From: Paraspadella gotoi
Lineage: Eukaryota > Animalia > Chaetognatha
DNA length: 64,000 nt
NCBI GenBank assembly: GCA_051294375.1
Contig: CM119264.1
Location: 27,509,469 to 27,573,468 of the forward strand
Direction: 5' to 3'
Every line of letters starts with the position of its first letter. Within the stretch, counting starts at the first letter, position 1. This document shows, in pieces, positions 20,201-33,270 of this stretch. The notes under the pieces were generated by a model. The model searched no databases. It saw only the letters and a program-made list of their open reading frames with translations, and had not been told where the DNA came from. The translations under genes were made by a program, and so were the position numbers.

Positions 20201-23200
20201 AATAATACAATTTAAAAAAAGATGCAAGTTGAAAAAAGTATGCAAGTTAAAAAAATAATGCAAGTTAAAAAAATAATGCAATTTAAAAAATGGTCTGAGT
20301 TTAAAAAATAATACAAGTTAAAAAATAATACAAGTGGAAAATATGATGCAAGTTGGAAAAATGATGCAAGTAAAAAAAATGATGCACATTAAAAAAATAA
20401 TAATAATTAAAAAATATTTTTTTTACTTTAGTAACTGTTTAGTTTAATTCCTTGAAAGCAATTTACATATATTGGTACAGCCATTTGTTTGGTATGATCT
20501 GTTATGATCAGTTAGAATCATAAATTAAAATAATTATTGTTATTTATCATCTGATTAGCTGATTACTACTTAATTATCGTGGGCAGATCCGACATTGTTT
20601 GCTCTAACTTGTTCTTTTATCTCTTTGGTTTTTTAAAAATTTTTTTCTCCTTTTTATTTATTTATTTATTTATTTTTGTTTTAAATTATTTTTTTTTCTT
20701 TCTTTCTTTCTCACTTCTGGTTCTGCCCAGCGTTGCTGCACAAATCATAAGGACAACGACGGCGATACTCGCCCCCAAAATCATCGACGCCCAAAATCCA
20801 AAGACGCTTTTTTTCTTGGAGTCATCGGTGTGGTTACTAGTGTGGTCGCCAGTATGGTCGCCTGTGTGGTCCTCGTCGTCTTGAAGATGTTGGCTTTGTC
20901 CGGGACCAATTCCACTCACGCTATTTTTCCCACTTTGTCTGGAAAATTGACTTTCAGTAGAACTTTGCTCAAGACTGGATTCTTCCAAATGTTTGACAAA
21001 CTTGTTGCCTCTTTCCTGGTTAAGATGAAAAATAAATTATATAAAGTTGATATCAATTAAAATTTAGAAAAATTAATCCTTAATGTGCATTAAAAAGTCA
21101 AACTAACCATCTATAATTTTACGTAATTAATTAGATATTCTTAAAAATCTTTGCATTAAGGACCTTGACATTTTCCAAAGCGAGATGAATCTTTTTTTCT
21201 TCGTCTTCCTTCTCCTCTTCCCCGCGACCGAGTTCGAGTTCGCGTCCGCCTCCGCGTCCGCTTCCTCTTCGATCTTCGCTTTCACCTGCCTCCTTTTTCG
21301 TCGTTGTCGTTGTTGTCGTCCGCGATCCAACGATATGCTTGAGATGTTCCTTCAGGCGTCGGGAGACCGTTGCGTTTCGTCGATGCTGGAAAAGAATTTT
21401 GAGGTGAAAAGGTTTTTTTCTATATTCATATTTTTATAATTACTGTAACTTTTAATATTGAATTTTCATAAATTAGTTTTAAACCAAGATATCTATCTTT
21501 TTAAAACGTATAGTCTCTATCGTTTTAACCCCAACTACCATCTCCCGCATCCCTGGTCGCAGCAGCCGCGCTGCTCCGTCGCCGTTGTGAACGGGATTCT
21601 GCAGCGTCGGCGGCGGCGGCAACGAAGAAGAATCCTCGCCGTCAAGATGCGTGACTTCGATGGCCACGCCCCCTTCCGGTGAATCGATCGCGTGATCGAT
21701 CGTGACGACGTGATCGGCGTCTATGTCGGCGACGCCGTGCGGAAACGTTTGGTCGACGCCCTTGCGATGGGGTGGCGCTGTTGTGGGGTAGAGTGAGAGA
21801 GAGAGAGATATATATTCATACTATGTATACATTGTATACATATGTCATGTATATCCCTAACCTTGATCACCTCCTTCCTTGATCGAGCATAGAGGATGCA
21901 CGTAAGTATCTGGGTCGTAGCCATTTTGGTCTACATCCGGGTTTTTCCAGCCCGCGTCGCATTCACATCCGGTTCCGTCGGCGAGGGGACGACCGTGAAC
22001 GCATTTTACATTCTGATGGAATTTTATTCTTTTAATTGGAAATATGGGACGAGTTTGATCTGTGCACTTATTACGTCACTACACATAGTGCGTGACGTGG
22101 CATGGAAGATAACGTATTAGTAAATATGAATGATATCCGTCATAAATAATGAATATTTTCAAACTTTATAATAGTATTATAAATATAATTAATATTGTCA
22201 ATATTATTACTCTAAATTCCGTGACGTCGACGACCTCATCGACTTCTTCATCTCTGATTTGATTCAAGGCGTCGACTTCGGCGCCGGAAATCTTCGTCAA
22301 GATCGATCGGCACACGTTGAGTTCCTCGTCGTAGATCTTGGGTCAAAGAGGTCGAGAAAAGGGTCAGGACGTCCTCGGGACGCGCCCAGTCGCCCACCCA
22401 CGGGACGTCCCAACCTGCGAGTTCTCCGCGTCTCCCTCGTCAAAGTAGCAGGTCGGCCCGGCGATGCAACGGCCCGTCCGCGCGTCGAAGGCGTCTCTGG
22501 AGCCGAGGTACTTTGCGTGGCAATCGTGCGGGGCGCAGCGGCGCCGCGGGTCCAGATCTGGCGTCTTGCATCGGCTCCTTTTGCCGCCTTTTTTTCGGCG
22601 CTGACCGGGATCGAACTCTAGGCGTTCCGAGGAGAAGAAGGATCCGTTGAAACGAACGGAGATCTCGCAATGGCCGATCAACTAAATTAAAGTTGATATT
22701 AGCCTATTTTCATGTTAGGTGAACCAATTTGATAACAGTCTGCAACTTGTTTTATGATGCTAGTGCGGAATTGTGGATAAGGTACAGAGTTGGGCTGAAG
22801 ACGACTATCAATATCTTCTGTGAACCCACGGAAGCAATGGGTCATGGGCATTGGGCAAGGCGGTGTACGGTCATGAACCACCGGGCCACGTTGAATATGT
22901 CGTGCTTAAAAACGGGATGAATTGCAATGCCCGACTACAGAGTGGAACTTTAATGCAATTGAAGCATTTTTTCAATTTATTTAATTTATACCACTACATT
23001 AATAGGAAAGCCAGGTACTCTGGAAGTGAATAAACGAGACTGCGAGAGAGTCTTGATTGAAAGCTGTCAGGGAACTGCTATGTTATCATCTTAACCACCA
23101 TAAGCTGTCCAAAGTCAGGGGCAAGTGAGCTTTTGAAAATGGTACAACCAATAAAAAATTAACCATTCATCTTGTCCCAGATTTTGGACAGGCTATCGTG

Positions 23201-26200
23201 GTTTAAGGCCTCAATCACTCTTACAAGATATTAACAAAGCAGGTCCCTTCAAGCTTTCAATCAAGACTCTCTCACTGTCTTGTTTAATAATTTATTTATT
23301 AAATGAATGGATTATTTTCATATTAGTCGGAGGGTCGTACCAATTTCCTAGATTCCAGAAAACAATCGCTGAATTAAATTAATTCGTTCGTCGTTCATAT
23401 TTTTTTTTCACTACGAATTATGTAACAACTGGAAGTTGACTTTTCTGATAAGGTATTTTTTTGACACAAAGCAAATTGACAAACAAATTGAATAACAAAA
23501 CAAAACAAAAAAGTTATTTCGTCGCAGATGAGACTATTTTACCATTTTCTCGTTTTGTATTAGTCAATACATGACGACTTGACGAGTAACAAAAAATCGG
23601 TCTTATTTTCTCAGAACGCCTTTAATAATATATTTTTTTTTTTTAGTTAAAAATTAGTTAAGAGATTAGGGTCAGGAATTAGGTTAAGGATTAATTTTAG
23701 GGATTAGGTTAGTGATTAAGGTTAGAGATTAGGTTTTGAGGTTACAAGTTAAGGATAAAGATTTAAGGTTAGGGTTTGGGATTAAGTTAGGATTATTGAT
23801 TAGGGTTAAGGATTAGACTTATAAGCTTATAAGCTTATAAGCTTAAGAATATATTTAGGTCAAATATTAACATAAAAATGTAATTCCTAGAAGCGCTCTA
23901 GTAAAAGAGATCCAAAAAAATCCAATCCAAAAAACTTTTTAAATACCTAAATCGTCTCCATCAGGATGAAAAAAACCTACATACTTTTACAGCCAAAAAT
24001 TGAAAAACATTTCAAATCTTGAATAAAAATAACATAATGATAATACTATAGGAGAGAATCGGAAAAAAAAAGGAAGGAACCGAAGAGAAAAGTGAAAAAT
24101 GGCCTGGGCTATTTTACATTTGAAGAAACAATAAAATTATTAGACCTAAATCATTTAAGCATTCCACTCTGTACATTCCGCATGACAGATGGAAATCAAC
24201 AAAAACACTGTTTCCATCCTCCGTTGCTTCTCAAAGGAAATTTGTATTAGTTTTTTTTAGAATTGTACGCTGATTGTCAATTATCTTATAATAATTGGTT
24301 CATTTTTTTCACAATAAAAACTCTTTAGGTTTTGCCGAGAACCCAGACTAAAAAAATAGTTTGAAAAGTCCGTTTGCTTGCCGAAAAATGTTTTCAATTT
24401 TATCGCCCATCTTTAATATTTTTTTAAACATACTAGATCACGGAACAGACATAAAAACCTCCTATGATTATTATTCTTCTTCAAATGAATACATTCAGAG
24501 GATGACATGGGTCATAGTTTGCATTATTTTAATGCACAATACACTTTCTACTATCATAAGTTTAAGATATATTGACAGAAATAAGGACTGTTACCCTCGG
24601 CTGGTCGAAGGTTCTTGGCTGATTATAAATATTATCTTGCATATATTGGGTTTGGGCTCAATTCCATTATGCATTGACGAATATTTAGATAAAAGAAACA
24701 AAATTCACTTGACAAAAGAGCAAACAGAGCGAAAAGAAAATCATTTATTTTATCTTAACATTATTCATTCATTGTTCGAGTCATATCCACAGCTTTTGGT
24801 TCAAATTTGTGTTGTGTTTATTACTTGGACAAATACTGCAAATGAATTTTGCTATCCTGCATCCCCTTTGATAGGTGATCGGAAAAGCAACAGTAGAATC
24901 TCATAGTGGGTATCGGTTGAATAAGACCTCAAGGCCTCCCTATGTCAATGGGGTGGGTTAGACGTTTGATTATGGAACCATCCCAAATAAACTTCATACA
25001 TTTCTGAGAAAACTTTCAATGGACCAAAATTTTCTAAAATGTCTGAAAGCACTAGTAATTATTTTTTTTTTTGAATTTCGTATTTTTAAAAGCAGATTTA
25101 GATAGCTTATAAAAAGTTGTCTACACAAAGTATAATTCTTTTTTCAATATTTTGATGATAAGTGGGTCAAAATTGGGAAAAACCTGAAAAAATTATCCTC
25201 ATCATCATTATCCGATGATTTTAATAGTTTTTGCTAATTTTTAATAATAAAACATCAAAATTTTAAAAAGTTGTAATTACATTTTTTGTTTAACTTTTTG
25301 AGCTCTATCAGAATCAATTAAAAAAACTTAAAATATCTAAAAAAAATTTTGACATTATATAGCAATATAAATTATAATAATTTTAATTAACGAAACATTT
25401 TTGCAAAAAAATATTTTAACACAATAAATAATACTAATAATGAATTCGTTTAATGCTGTTCCCATTAAAATTTAAATTTGGTCGGCTTACTGTTACACTC
25501 AAATTTTTTTAAAAAGGCTTGAGTTTTATCATTTACATATACAAAGGCAGAAAAAAAATATTGTGACATCTCTAAATATTTTCATCACTCCACCCTAGTA
25601 CTCAACGATCTCTAGGACCAAAAGCATGGCCTTGCTACTAAGTTGCCTTATTATTGTACAAAAAGATAAAATTTGAAAGAGAGTTTTCAATGTTTTTCCT
25701 GATCACCTGATAGAAAGAAAGAATAAACCTCTGGATATAATGATTAATCAGAGCACTGGAGAGATTGAATACATACATAATTCACAAAGTTTTATTATAT
25801 TTGAAAAACAGTCTCACTATTATTTTAAATTGGGGGAATTTAGGGGCGGAGAACTTAAAAAATGTTTATGTAATTTTGCGGATTCGACTAAAAATTTTTT
25901 GATGGAATATTTATGCAAATGGAAGGTTAAGAACTATTGGCCTTTTCTTTCTATTTCCATATCAACTGTCAGTCTGGCAAAAGCAGCTGCTATCCTGCGA
26001 GCTAACTCATTAGTAAATAAAATCCAAGTAAAAAGAAAAATATATTTAGAAGGAATTGGTTTGGTTCAAGGAATTTTGGGTTTATCCGTTTCTTTATACA
26101 TTTTGTATATAAAAGTGGTTAAAATTTCATATTTAGTTGTGTTTTTAACGCCCTTTTGTTTATTGCGAATATTCACTCCAACTGAGATTTGGATGTTATT

Positions 26201-29200
26201 CTGGGCATCGAATAAAAAAGAGAATCTCTTTACAAAAAAAAAAGCTGAACAAAGAACCTTTCAGTTGATTGCAATGGTTTCGTTCAATGTCATTTGCGTT
26301 TCATTTTTCAACATTATCGAAAAACAAATGATCATTAGCAACTTCACTATTTTAAGACTCAACAATATTCCTGAGCATACAGGTAAATATTTTGTGATTC
26401 AATTATCTACATAGCCATTAGGATAAAAGCAAAACTTAAAAAATATGTTTTGGTGCTGTTTTTAATCATAAATAGTTTAATTCAATATTTAATGCTTTAT
26501 TTATTTCTTTTGTTCAACAATTATTTGGGTACTTTAAAAACTTTAATTATTTTTACGATCTTTAAAGAAAGTTAAGCTTTAATTTTCTGGTCATTAATTT
26601 TTTTAAGAAAATATTTTGTTAAATAGGATGCTAATCAAAAATTGCATAAAAAATTATCGGTCATTGAATTTAGTTTTGTCTGACTCTTTCTACCCACAAC
26701 CCATCCTCTTCTGACTGTAATCAGGTATTATTTTCAATCCAGATAATGATTATTGCTTCATAAAAAAGAATTGCAAACAATGGGATACCTGGTACTCTTT
26801 GACAGTAGAGGGTCTCAGCGCTGAACCGGTTTTTTGGGGATTATCATATCTAAAATACGATAAAACCGCAAAGATCATTCACTACAGTCATCTGTGGGAT
26901 CCAAATAAAAAAAACAATAACATGGAATGCATGAAACACGATGGAATTATCAGCAGCGCATGGGAAAAAATGTTCAAAAAAGTTAAAGAATTTAACAAAT
27001 TTAAGCATGATGAAGATCCAATTTGTAGGGATCACAAAAATGTCGACTTTTTATCTAGCTTTAGACAAAAAAAGGTTATTATAAAAAAATCTTTTATGCC
27101 AAACAGTATAGTTAAACTTGGAAACTATTATTATTTGCAACCAGAGTTCTTTATAATATGTTGTACATTAGCTGCTGATACTGTAATTGCTATTTCGTAT
27201 TTCTATTCATTAAAGATTTTCGTATCAAAAAAGATTTTAAATGAACCATTGGCATTTTTAACATTTGTGACTATTCTAGGAATAATCTTCTCGAATATTT
27301 ATTATAATTTTAAACGGCATACTTACTTTAAAATAATCAGTTTGGTGTATAAATTGAGAGATATACTCCAACCACTTTTTCAAGGATATGGATTTCTGAC
27401 CCGACATTATAAAAATAAAATTTATTTGACACACAGAATTTTTGATTTAGTACCCTTTTTGTTTTTTGCTACTTTTCATCTATGGATGTGTAGAAGACTT
27501 CTAAATCATCCCAGAATTATTTCCACAAATCCGGGTAGACTGGCAATCTTTTGTTTATTGCTGGGTTCGATCTGTTTGCCCGTGTTAGTGTCTATTTGGT
27601 GTCCAACGTTGAAAGTCACAGAGGAAATCCTTTTTAAAATATCAAATTATTGTGACCTAGAAAACAAATACAATCGGACTGAAGAATTTCTTAAAATCGA
27701 ATGGCAGGATATTCACAAAAGTCTTTTTACCTTCATTTACGCGAAAGAATATTTTTATACCATGATGAACGCATCGTTTTTACCACTGATCATCAGCTTA
27801 GTATGTTTCTTAAGATTGTTTTTTTACAAAAATGGATTCAGTTTGTTATCAAAATTATTATTAGGATTTTTCATATCTTGTTTTTATTTGGTATTGCATT
27901 TGACAATCAAAGATGTTCTTTGGAACCAAAGTCAAAACAGAACAATAATTATCTTGGACGGGGAGGGCTCTAACCCTGTAGAGCGTTTTAAACCCCGCGA
28001 GGTTAGTTTGGTATTTTCTTTACCTGCACCATTTGACTACAAATTCTTTGAAATGGAATTTGCATATTTTTTACATTCAGGGATGGAATCCCAGTCCAGA
28101 AGTCTTCATGCATTAGTGCCCCTTAGCAAGATAATTTTTGGTTGCAGATTTTATCACACCCATTTTCAAGTTTATTTTGAAGAAGAAATGAGAATGGTGA
28201 CCCAGAATTTGCCTTTGATTATGAAGAGTTTTGTGAGACAGATAGAAATATATAATAAAAGAAAATGGAATTTACTGTACTCGCTTTTAACTACAGTACC
28301 TATAATTTTTGTTATTTTGAACTGGTGAGGATGATTTTGATTGAAAAATATTGCAAAGTCTAATGTAGAGAATAGGCAACCAAAATTTAAAACGTCAGTT
28401 TCATTGCTATATTTTTTCAAATCTTTAAAAAAAAATATATTAAAAAATCTTATTGTTGGATGAAACGAAAATTGTTAATCTTTGCTGCATCATAAAAGTC
28501 GGCATGATGATATGATGCAAAATGTATAGCACGCCTTAAATAGGGTAATGCACGAAAACTTTTAAAATAACTTTTTTTCATTCAATTGTTTTAAACCTTA
28601 TATTAAACCCTAACCAAGTGTACTTTAATCGTTTATTACCAGTTTAATTTTTAAATATTTGTATTACGTTTATTTGGAGTTACGTTTCTGCCTCCTTACT
28701 GCTGTCAAGAATATATTGTAGTATTGGATTCAGCTTTGATTTATTTGTTTTTACATATTTGTTGGCGCTGGTGGCGTAGAAACTACGCCAAAACATATTA
28801 TTTACTAATTACATATGTGGCGTTAAAGATTTTTCCTTTTTTTATGGTGGTGTGGCGTAGAATGGTGTAAAATGAACAAATAACCATATTAATATTATTT
28901 AATTTTGTGGCGTAAAGACTTCTTGTTTATTTTCTAGTAAAAATTATTCAGTTTAGCAGTTTAAAAGATTTTTATGGCCTTTTTTTTTACATGTTTGGCG
29001 TAGAATGGCGTAAAATGAACAAAAAACCGTATTGATAAAAATAAACCTATATATTGTGGCAGCATTTGTGATTGTATTTGTGATTTACAAAAATTAGGCT
29101 ATCCATTTGTATTTGTATATTTTTATATTTATCTGGTTTTTTTTATACATGTTTGGCGTAGAATGGCGTAAAATGAACCAAAAACTATATTAATATTATT

Positions 29201-30363
29201 TCATTTTGTGGCGTAGGGCCTTTTTGTTTATTTTCTAGTAAAACCTATTCAGTTTAACAGTTTTAAGTTGATAAAATTATGCCAGTTGACCAAATTATGC
29301 CAGTTGACCAAATTATTCCAATTGACCAAATTATGCCAATTGACCAAATTATGCCCGTTGACCAAATTATGCCAGTTGACCAAATTATGTCAGTTGACCA
29401 AATTATACCCATTGACTAAATTATGCCAGTTGATCAAATTATGCCCGTTAACCTCATTTTGCAAGTTGACCAAATTATGCAAGTTGACCAAAAAATAAAA
29501 GTATTAAATTATGTAAGTTGATCAAATTATGCCTGTTAACAAAATTATGTGCAGCTACTGCTAATGATTGCAAGATCAATGTAGTCGGGCATAGCATAAG
29601 TCCACCCTGCCTATAAGCATGATACCTTCAGTCATGACCCGGTGGCTCATTGAGTAATGCCATCAGCTCATGACCCCTAGGTACCGGGTTCAATCCTAAC
29701 CCGGTACCTACCCTGTGGGAAGCTTGAGGATGGCTGTAAGCCTTCTTGGGGTCGTGGAAAACCCTCGGATTACTAACCTAGAGTTAGGGATAAAGCTATA
29801 AGTGTAGTAATGGATTAGGGTTAAACATTAATGTTATATTTAAGTTCAGGGATTTAGTACAGAGATGAGACGCTTTTGAACAAAAGACCCAATATGCATT
29901 ATTACATTAAATATCTTAAACATAGTTTTACACAGGTAAGCTATTTGGAATATATATTTCGGTAGATCAATTTACTGTCTTCTATATTAATGGGGTTCTT
30001 TAGCCCCCTCTCACCAAGTATCTGATCCTATAAATGGGTTGTTTTCCAGCCCCCCGGGGCGCTTTACGGCCGTCCTCACGATGGGCAGTTACAGGGTTGG
30101 GATTGAACCTGGTACCGGGTGGTCATGAGTTGACGGCTTCACTCAATGAGCCACCGGGACAGGACTGAATGTATCATGCTTATCGGCGAAGTGAACTTAT
30201 GCAATGCCCGACTACATGTGTTTAAATTTGATTGGAACTACAAACCTCGAAGGGAAAAAGCGTCGGAATCCAAACGAGAATCAATTCCATCGTCTCTGGC
30301 AAAATCGTCTTCGGAGCGTCGGGAAAGACGACGCCGTCGAGGAACCCGCAGTCTCTGGAAGAT

Positions 30364-30418
<55 letters not shown>

Positions 30419-32380
30419 GGGTGATGAGAATGTGGCTTAAGGGGACCAAGTGAACAGGGGGGGTAAAAAGCTGAAAACATAACGTTTGACCCTTTAACTT
30501 AAGCTGGTTCTGATCATATAATTTTTTTTTCTATAATCATTTGGGAAAGTAGTTAAAAAATTCGATAAAATCAGTGAGCTTAATTTTCTTTAAAAAATCG
30601 GTAAGAAGAAAATCTTTTTCAAGTTTAAAATTTTTTTTCCAAAAAAGGGTAAGATCTAATTTTAAAAAGATTTTCAGCTTTTATAACAAAAATTTATAAG
30701 AAAAAAAACTAGGAATGAATCAAAATTTAAGGTATCGACTGATTTTATTTAAACTTTCTTTTCAAATGATTCTGTTAATTGGATGAAAATAAAACTCTTT
30801 GAAGTAATATAAATATAAAAAGAAGAGAAAGATTTGTACTTTTGCTAAATTTTTAATTGTTATAATTAGGAATCAATATAGTTTAATTATACATTTAAGG
30901 GATGAATATGAATATTAATTAATAATTATTACAGTTTTGTTTCTGTAAGAATAGAATTTAGGTTTGATTTGTCTGCTTTTAAGTAAATATAAAAATAAAA
31001 AAATATTAGTCTTGTAAAGCCTTTGTTCAATGAGGCTTAAACCTAAAATTATAGCTTTGTATAGTAAAAAATAAAAAAATTGGAATTTAGTAAAAATACT
31101 TTCTAATGCAAAAATAAAATAATGGATTATATAAATATTTAGGTAGGGTCAACTAAATTTTTTTTTCATAATTATTCAATTTTTGTTTCCGCTACAATAA
31201 GAGATAGGAATTTTTTGCCACTTTCCCGTGCAAAGAAAAATTAATGACTATCACCATTCAAATTCCTTTGATGATAGACCCTTAAGCTATGATATCATTT
31301 TTATCACTGGGTCCCCTTAAGATGTGAATAAAAATGAAAACCTGTTTGGTGAGTCCTCTCCCTTTAAATCTTCTTTCAATTTCTGCTTTTTTTCCTTCTT
31401 TGAAACTTTTTTGAAAATTATAAAAATTATGTTAGTAATTACAAATAATTTTTAATTTATATCCTATTTATACACTTTTATCTTTCTTTTCTAATCATAT
31501 ACACTTTCATCGCTTTTAATCTTTTCCATCACAAACTACAGTCCTGTGCAAAAAAAAGGGGACACTCTTCAAACTTAAGTTGAGCTCGTTTTATGCTCAC
31601 ATTAAAAAAATTTAAAAATAAAAAATGTAGATTTTAAAATAAGAAATCTATATGTATAAGTTAAAAAAAATTGGTCTAAGTATTCAAGAGCGATAGCTCC
31701 CGAAAGACAAATAGTCAAAAACATTTATCATTTGAATCGCTTCATCAAACCATTTTTAAAGATCTGTTAACAATTAAAAAGATTTTTTAGCCTTAGTTAA
31801 TGTATTTATGTTTTTTAAAAACATGTGAATGGGAAATAAAAAAAATGGTCTCGTCATTCCAGAGCTACAGTACTTTAGATATAAGAAGTTAAAAATATTT
31901 TATTTTTTTTTGCTCAGGCTTTCTGTTTGAGTACTTAGTAGTTATAACCGAGTAGTTATTTTTAATAAATGACTGCTTAGTAACGGTTAACCATGAATTA
32001 ACCAAATTTAGACCAAAAGTTTTTTTTCATAAATATAATTTATTTATAATATCTTTTATTTTAAAGGAATCTAACTTGATTTATTTTCATAATGTTTTTG
32101 GGTGTCCTATTTTTTTTGCACAGGACTGTATGTTCGATGAAATAACTTTTTCTCGGTGGACTTTTCCATTCGTCCACTTCGACGCAACACGAAGCGACTG
32201 TGGCCTGTGGTATGAAGTGTGGATTGTCACTGGTAAGTCGTCCTCAATCACTGATTCAAAACGACTTTTAAGTCAAATAGTTAATATAAAATATGAAGGT
32301 TGTTGACGCACGATCGGCAAAGAATAAAAGGGTTACTTCGCAATCAACACGACAATACATGCGATCCCGGTCAAATTCAT
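17257..32380 (-). CDS. Multi-exon secreted/single-pass membrane protein with Cys-rich and EGF-like modules
   Basis: Exons read on the minus strand: signal-like MNLTGIACIVVLIAN (32380), ~32264-32146, 30354-30246, ~24230-24146, 22681-22413 (CAPHDCHAKYLGSRDAFDARTGRCIAGPTC), IYDEELNVC, EGF-like KCVHG..GCECDAGW..C (~22011-21862), TM FWASMILGASIAVVVLMICAATL (~20800-20725), then a low-complexity tail (19168-18678, 17.8-17.26 kb). The core 22.7-18.7 kb is well supported; 5' linkage and 3' end are less certain. Confidence 0.6.
17885..18352. mobile_element. hAT-type non-autonomous element (MITE)
   Basis: TIRs ccggggcggcgagaga / tctctcgccgcccctg flanked by a near-perfect 8-bp TSD (tacatata / tacataaa). 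Confidence 0.75.
19205..19410 (+). mobile_element. HINE/DINE-1-like repeat with GTCY microsatellite (inverted copy at ~62730-62920)
   Basis: Two dispersed copies share aattatgataaattatgcaaaaaa.gatgtcc + (GTCC/GTCT)n and ctctataat.cactttgt.ggtccgtcggtcc. A GTCY microsatellite is typical of Helentron-derived INEs. Confidence 0.55.
19498..19653. repeat. ~155-bp palindrome with a hammerhead-like core, Penelope-like end remnant
   Basis: Arms of ~65 bp are nearly perfectly complementary; CTGATGA at 19571 and GAAACATGTC at 19595. Confidence 0.6.
19655..20110. repeat. Tandem repeat, ~180-bp unit x ~2.5
   Basis: Recurring aattttg.gtgtgggtagga....tgtga..aagc.gat.aaaagttt.atggaat at ~19670, ~19850 and ~20030. 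Confidence 0.7.
20178..20400. repeat. Minisatellite, ~18-19-bp unit (aaaaaatgatgcaagtt)
   Basis: About 11-12 degenerate copies visible. Confidence 0.8.
20410..20615 (-). mobile_element. Dispersed repeat family (copies at ~56330-56370 and ~60765-61020)
   Basis: Shared aacaagtt.gagcaaacaatgtcggatctgcc.acgataatt terminus in three places; two copies share a further ~200 bp. Confidence 0.7.
23031..23286. mobile_element. Foldback MITE with ~100-bp TIRs (partial copies at ~18470-18530 and ~63170-63260)
   Basis: taaacgagac..gagagagtcttgattgaaagct is mirrored by agctttcaatcaagactctctc..gtcttgttta; inner ttaaccaccataagctgtccaaa / tttggacaggctatcgtggtttaa. Confidence 0.75.
23655..23820 (+). repeat. 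Degenerate TTAGG(G)-like repeat tract
   Basis: Repeated ttagg/ttaggg/ttaagg units; weak inverted flanks at ~23600 and ~23910. Confidence 0.6.
24388..28328 (+). CDS. XK-related (Xkr scramblase-like) multipass membrane protein, ~913 aa, 3 exons (24388-24874, 25714-26382, 26743-28328)
   Basis: XK hallmarks ILDHGTD and SLFESYPQLLVQ; both introns are GT-AG and phase 1 with continuous frame; many hydrophobic segments; clear paralog at 45088-47396. Confidence 0.75.
28770..29265. repeat. Degenerate tandem duplication (ggcgtagaatggcgtaaaatgaac units)
   Basis: Motif recurs at ~28853, ~28996 and ~29155 with similar flanks. Confidence 0.65.
29265..29550. repeat. 18-bp minisatellite (aaattatgccagttgacc)
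   Basis: About 14 copies; explains the spurious (KLCQLT)n ORF. Confidence 0.9.
29579..30217. mobile_element. Inverted pair of tRNA-derived SINE-like units (29579-29770 +, 30040-30217 -); third copy at ~22800-22940 (-)
   Basis: A-box tggctcattgag, B-box ggttcaatcc and a ctcatga loop; shared 5' leader tgtagtcgggcat.gcataagt. Confidence 0.65.
30441..31316. mobile_element. Kolobok-like non-autonomous DNA element
   Basis: TTAA-ggggaccaagtga ... tcactgggtcccc-TTAA: 12/13-bp TIR starting with purines and a TTAA TSD. Confidence 0.6.
31539..32128. mobile_element. Tc1/mariner-type MITE (590 bp)
   Basis: TA-cagtcctgtgcaaaaaaaaggggacac ... gtgtcctattttttttgcacaggactg-TA. Confidence 0.85.
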
Positions 32381-32575
32381 TAATCAAAATTCATGAAGCG
32401 ACGTCGAAAAGTTTACCTCAGCCTTCACCGGGAACGCCGCCTCGTTCAGCGCCTTTGAAAGAAATATTTTCTGTCCCTTTTTATCATTACAAATGATTTA
32501 GTCATTTTTTTATTTTCATTAATGAACATAATTAATGAACCTCAATGAAGAGAATTAAACCCAATGAATTCGGTT

Positions 32576-33105
32576 TAGGAGGAAAAAATCCCATTTTTCC
32601 GATTTTCATCATCGACATCGGGGTCGGGGCTTCGAGCCCCACCTGAAACCAACGATTTGGAATAATTCAACGTTTTATATTATCGATATCGTTATAACAT
32701 TACATTAAATTATTTGGCAACATGCTCCATCAATGTCCAAACGGCAATCCGTATTGGCATTGTCCCTCACCAACTTTTTTTGCTCTTTTCTTCTGCAATT
32801 TCCTTTGTTTCTTGATGGCGTATTTGAGTCTCTCGTCGTAAATATTGACGTCTCTCGCGACATTCTGCTCGCGGAGTCTTTCTTTCATCTCTTCTCTCTT
32901 CAAGCTCTGGGTGTCGTCTGTGTTGGGCGCTGACGAAAGTAATTGAATCGGGGGGAAAGAAATGTAATTATTTAGATAGAAAGATGGATAGAAAGATAGA
33001 TAGTTAGAACTCACGTTTGCGCCTCCGATGCTTCTCCAAATCTTTCCTCAGCTTCGCCTCGTGTTTCGTTATCGTCTCGTCGATCTTTCGCTGCGAATCC
33101 GCCAT
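32576..33105 (-). CDS. Small basic coiled-coil protein (~105 aa, 3 exons), unknown
   Basis: Phase-consistent splice: MADSQRKIDETITKHEAKLRKDLEKHRRRK|PPNTDDTQSLKREEMKERLREQNVARDVNIYDERLKYAIKKQRKLQKKRAKKV|GGARSPDPDVDDENRKNGIFSS*. The ATG follows a cag, so upstream exons are possible. Confidence 0.55.
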
Positions 33106-33206
33106 CTGTCGTCAGGAAATTTAAACGGAAGCCACGCCCATTTTTCGTTACTTGAATATGAATTGTGAGGGCGCTTTCTATCTCTCTCGTGATGAAGGGA
33201 ATTCTG

Positions 33207-33270
<64 letters not shown>

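Noticed and set aside
23655-23820. True telomere or chromosome fusion site
   Set aside because: Short, degenerate, single-orientation tract inside an intron; more likely part of a small repeat element.
29268-29498. (KLCQLT)n ORF and CRISPR-like periodicity
   Set aside because: It is an 18-bp head-to-tail minisatellite with no spacers, in eukaryotic DNA.
32730-33105. SURF6 assignment for the basic coiled-coil gene
   Set aside because: Lacks the KDD..LL and RPGFEG motifs; similarity is compositional only.
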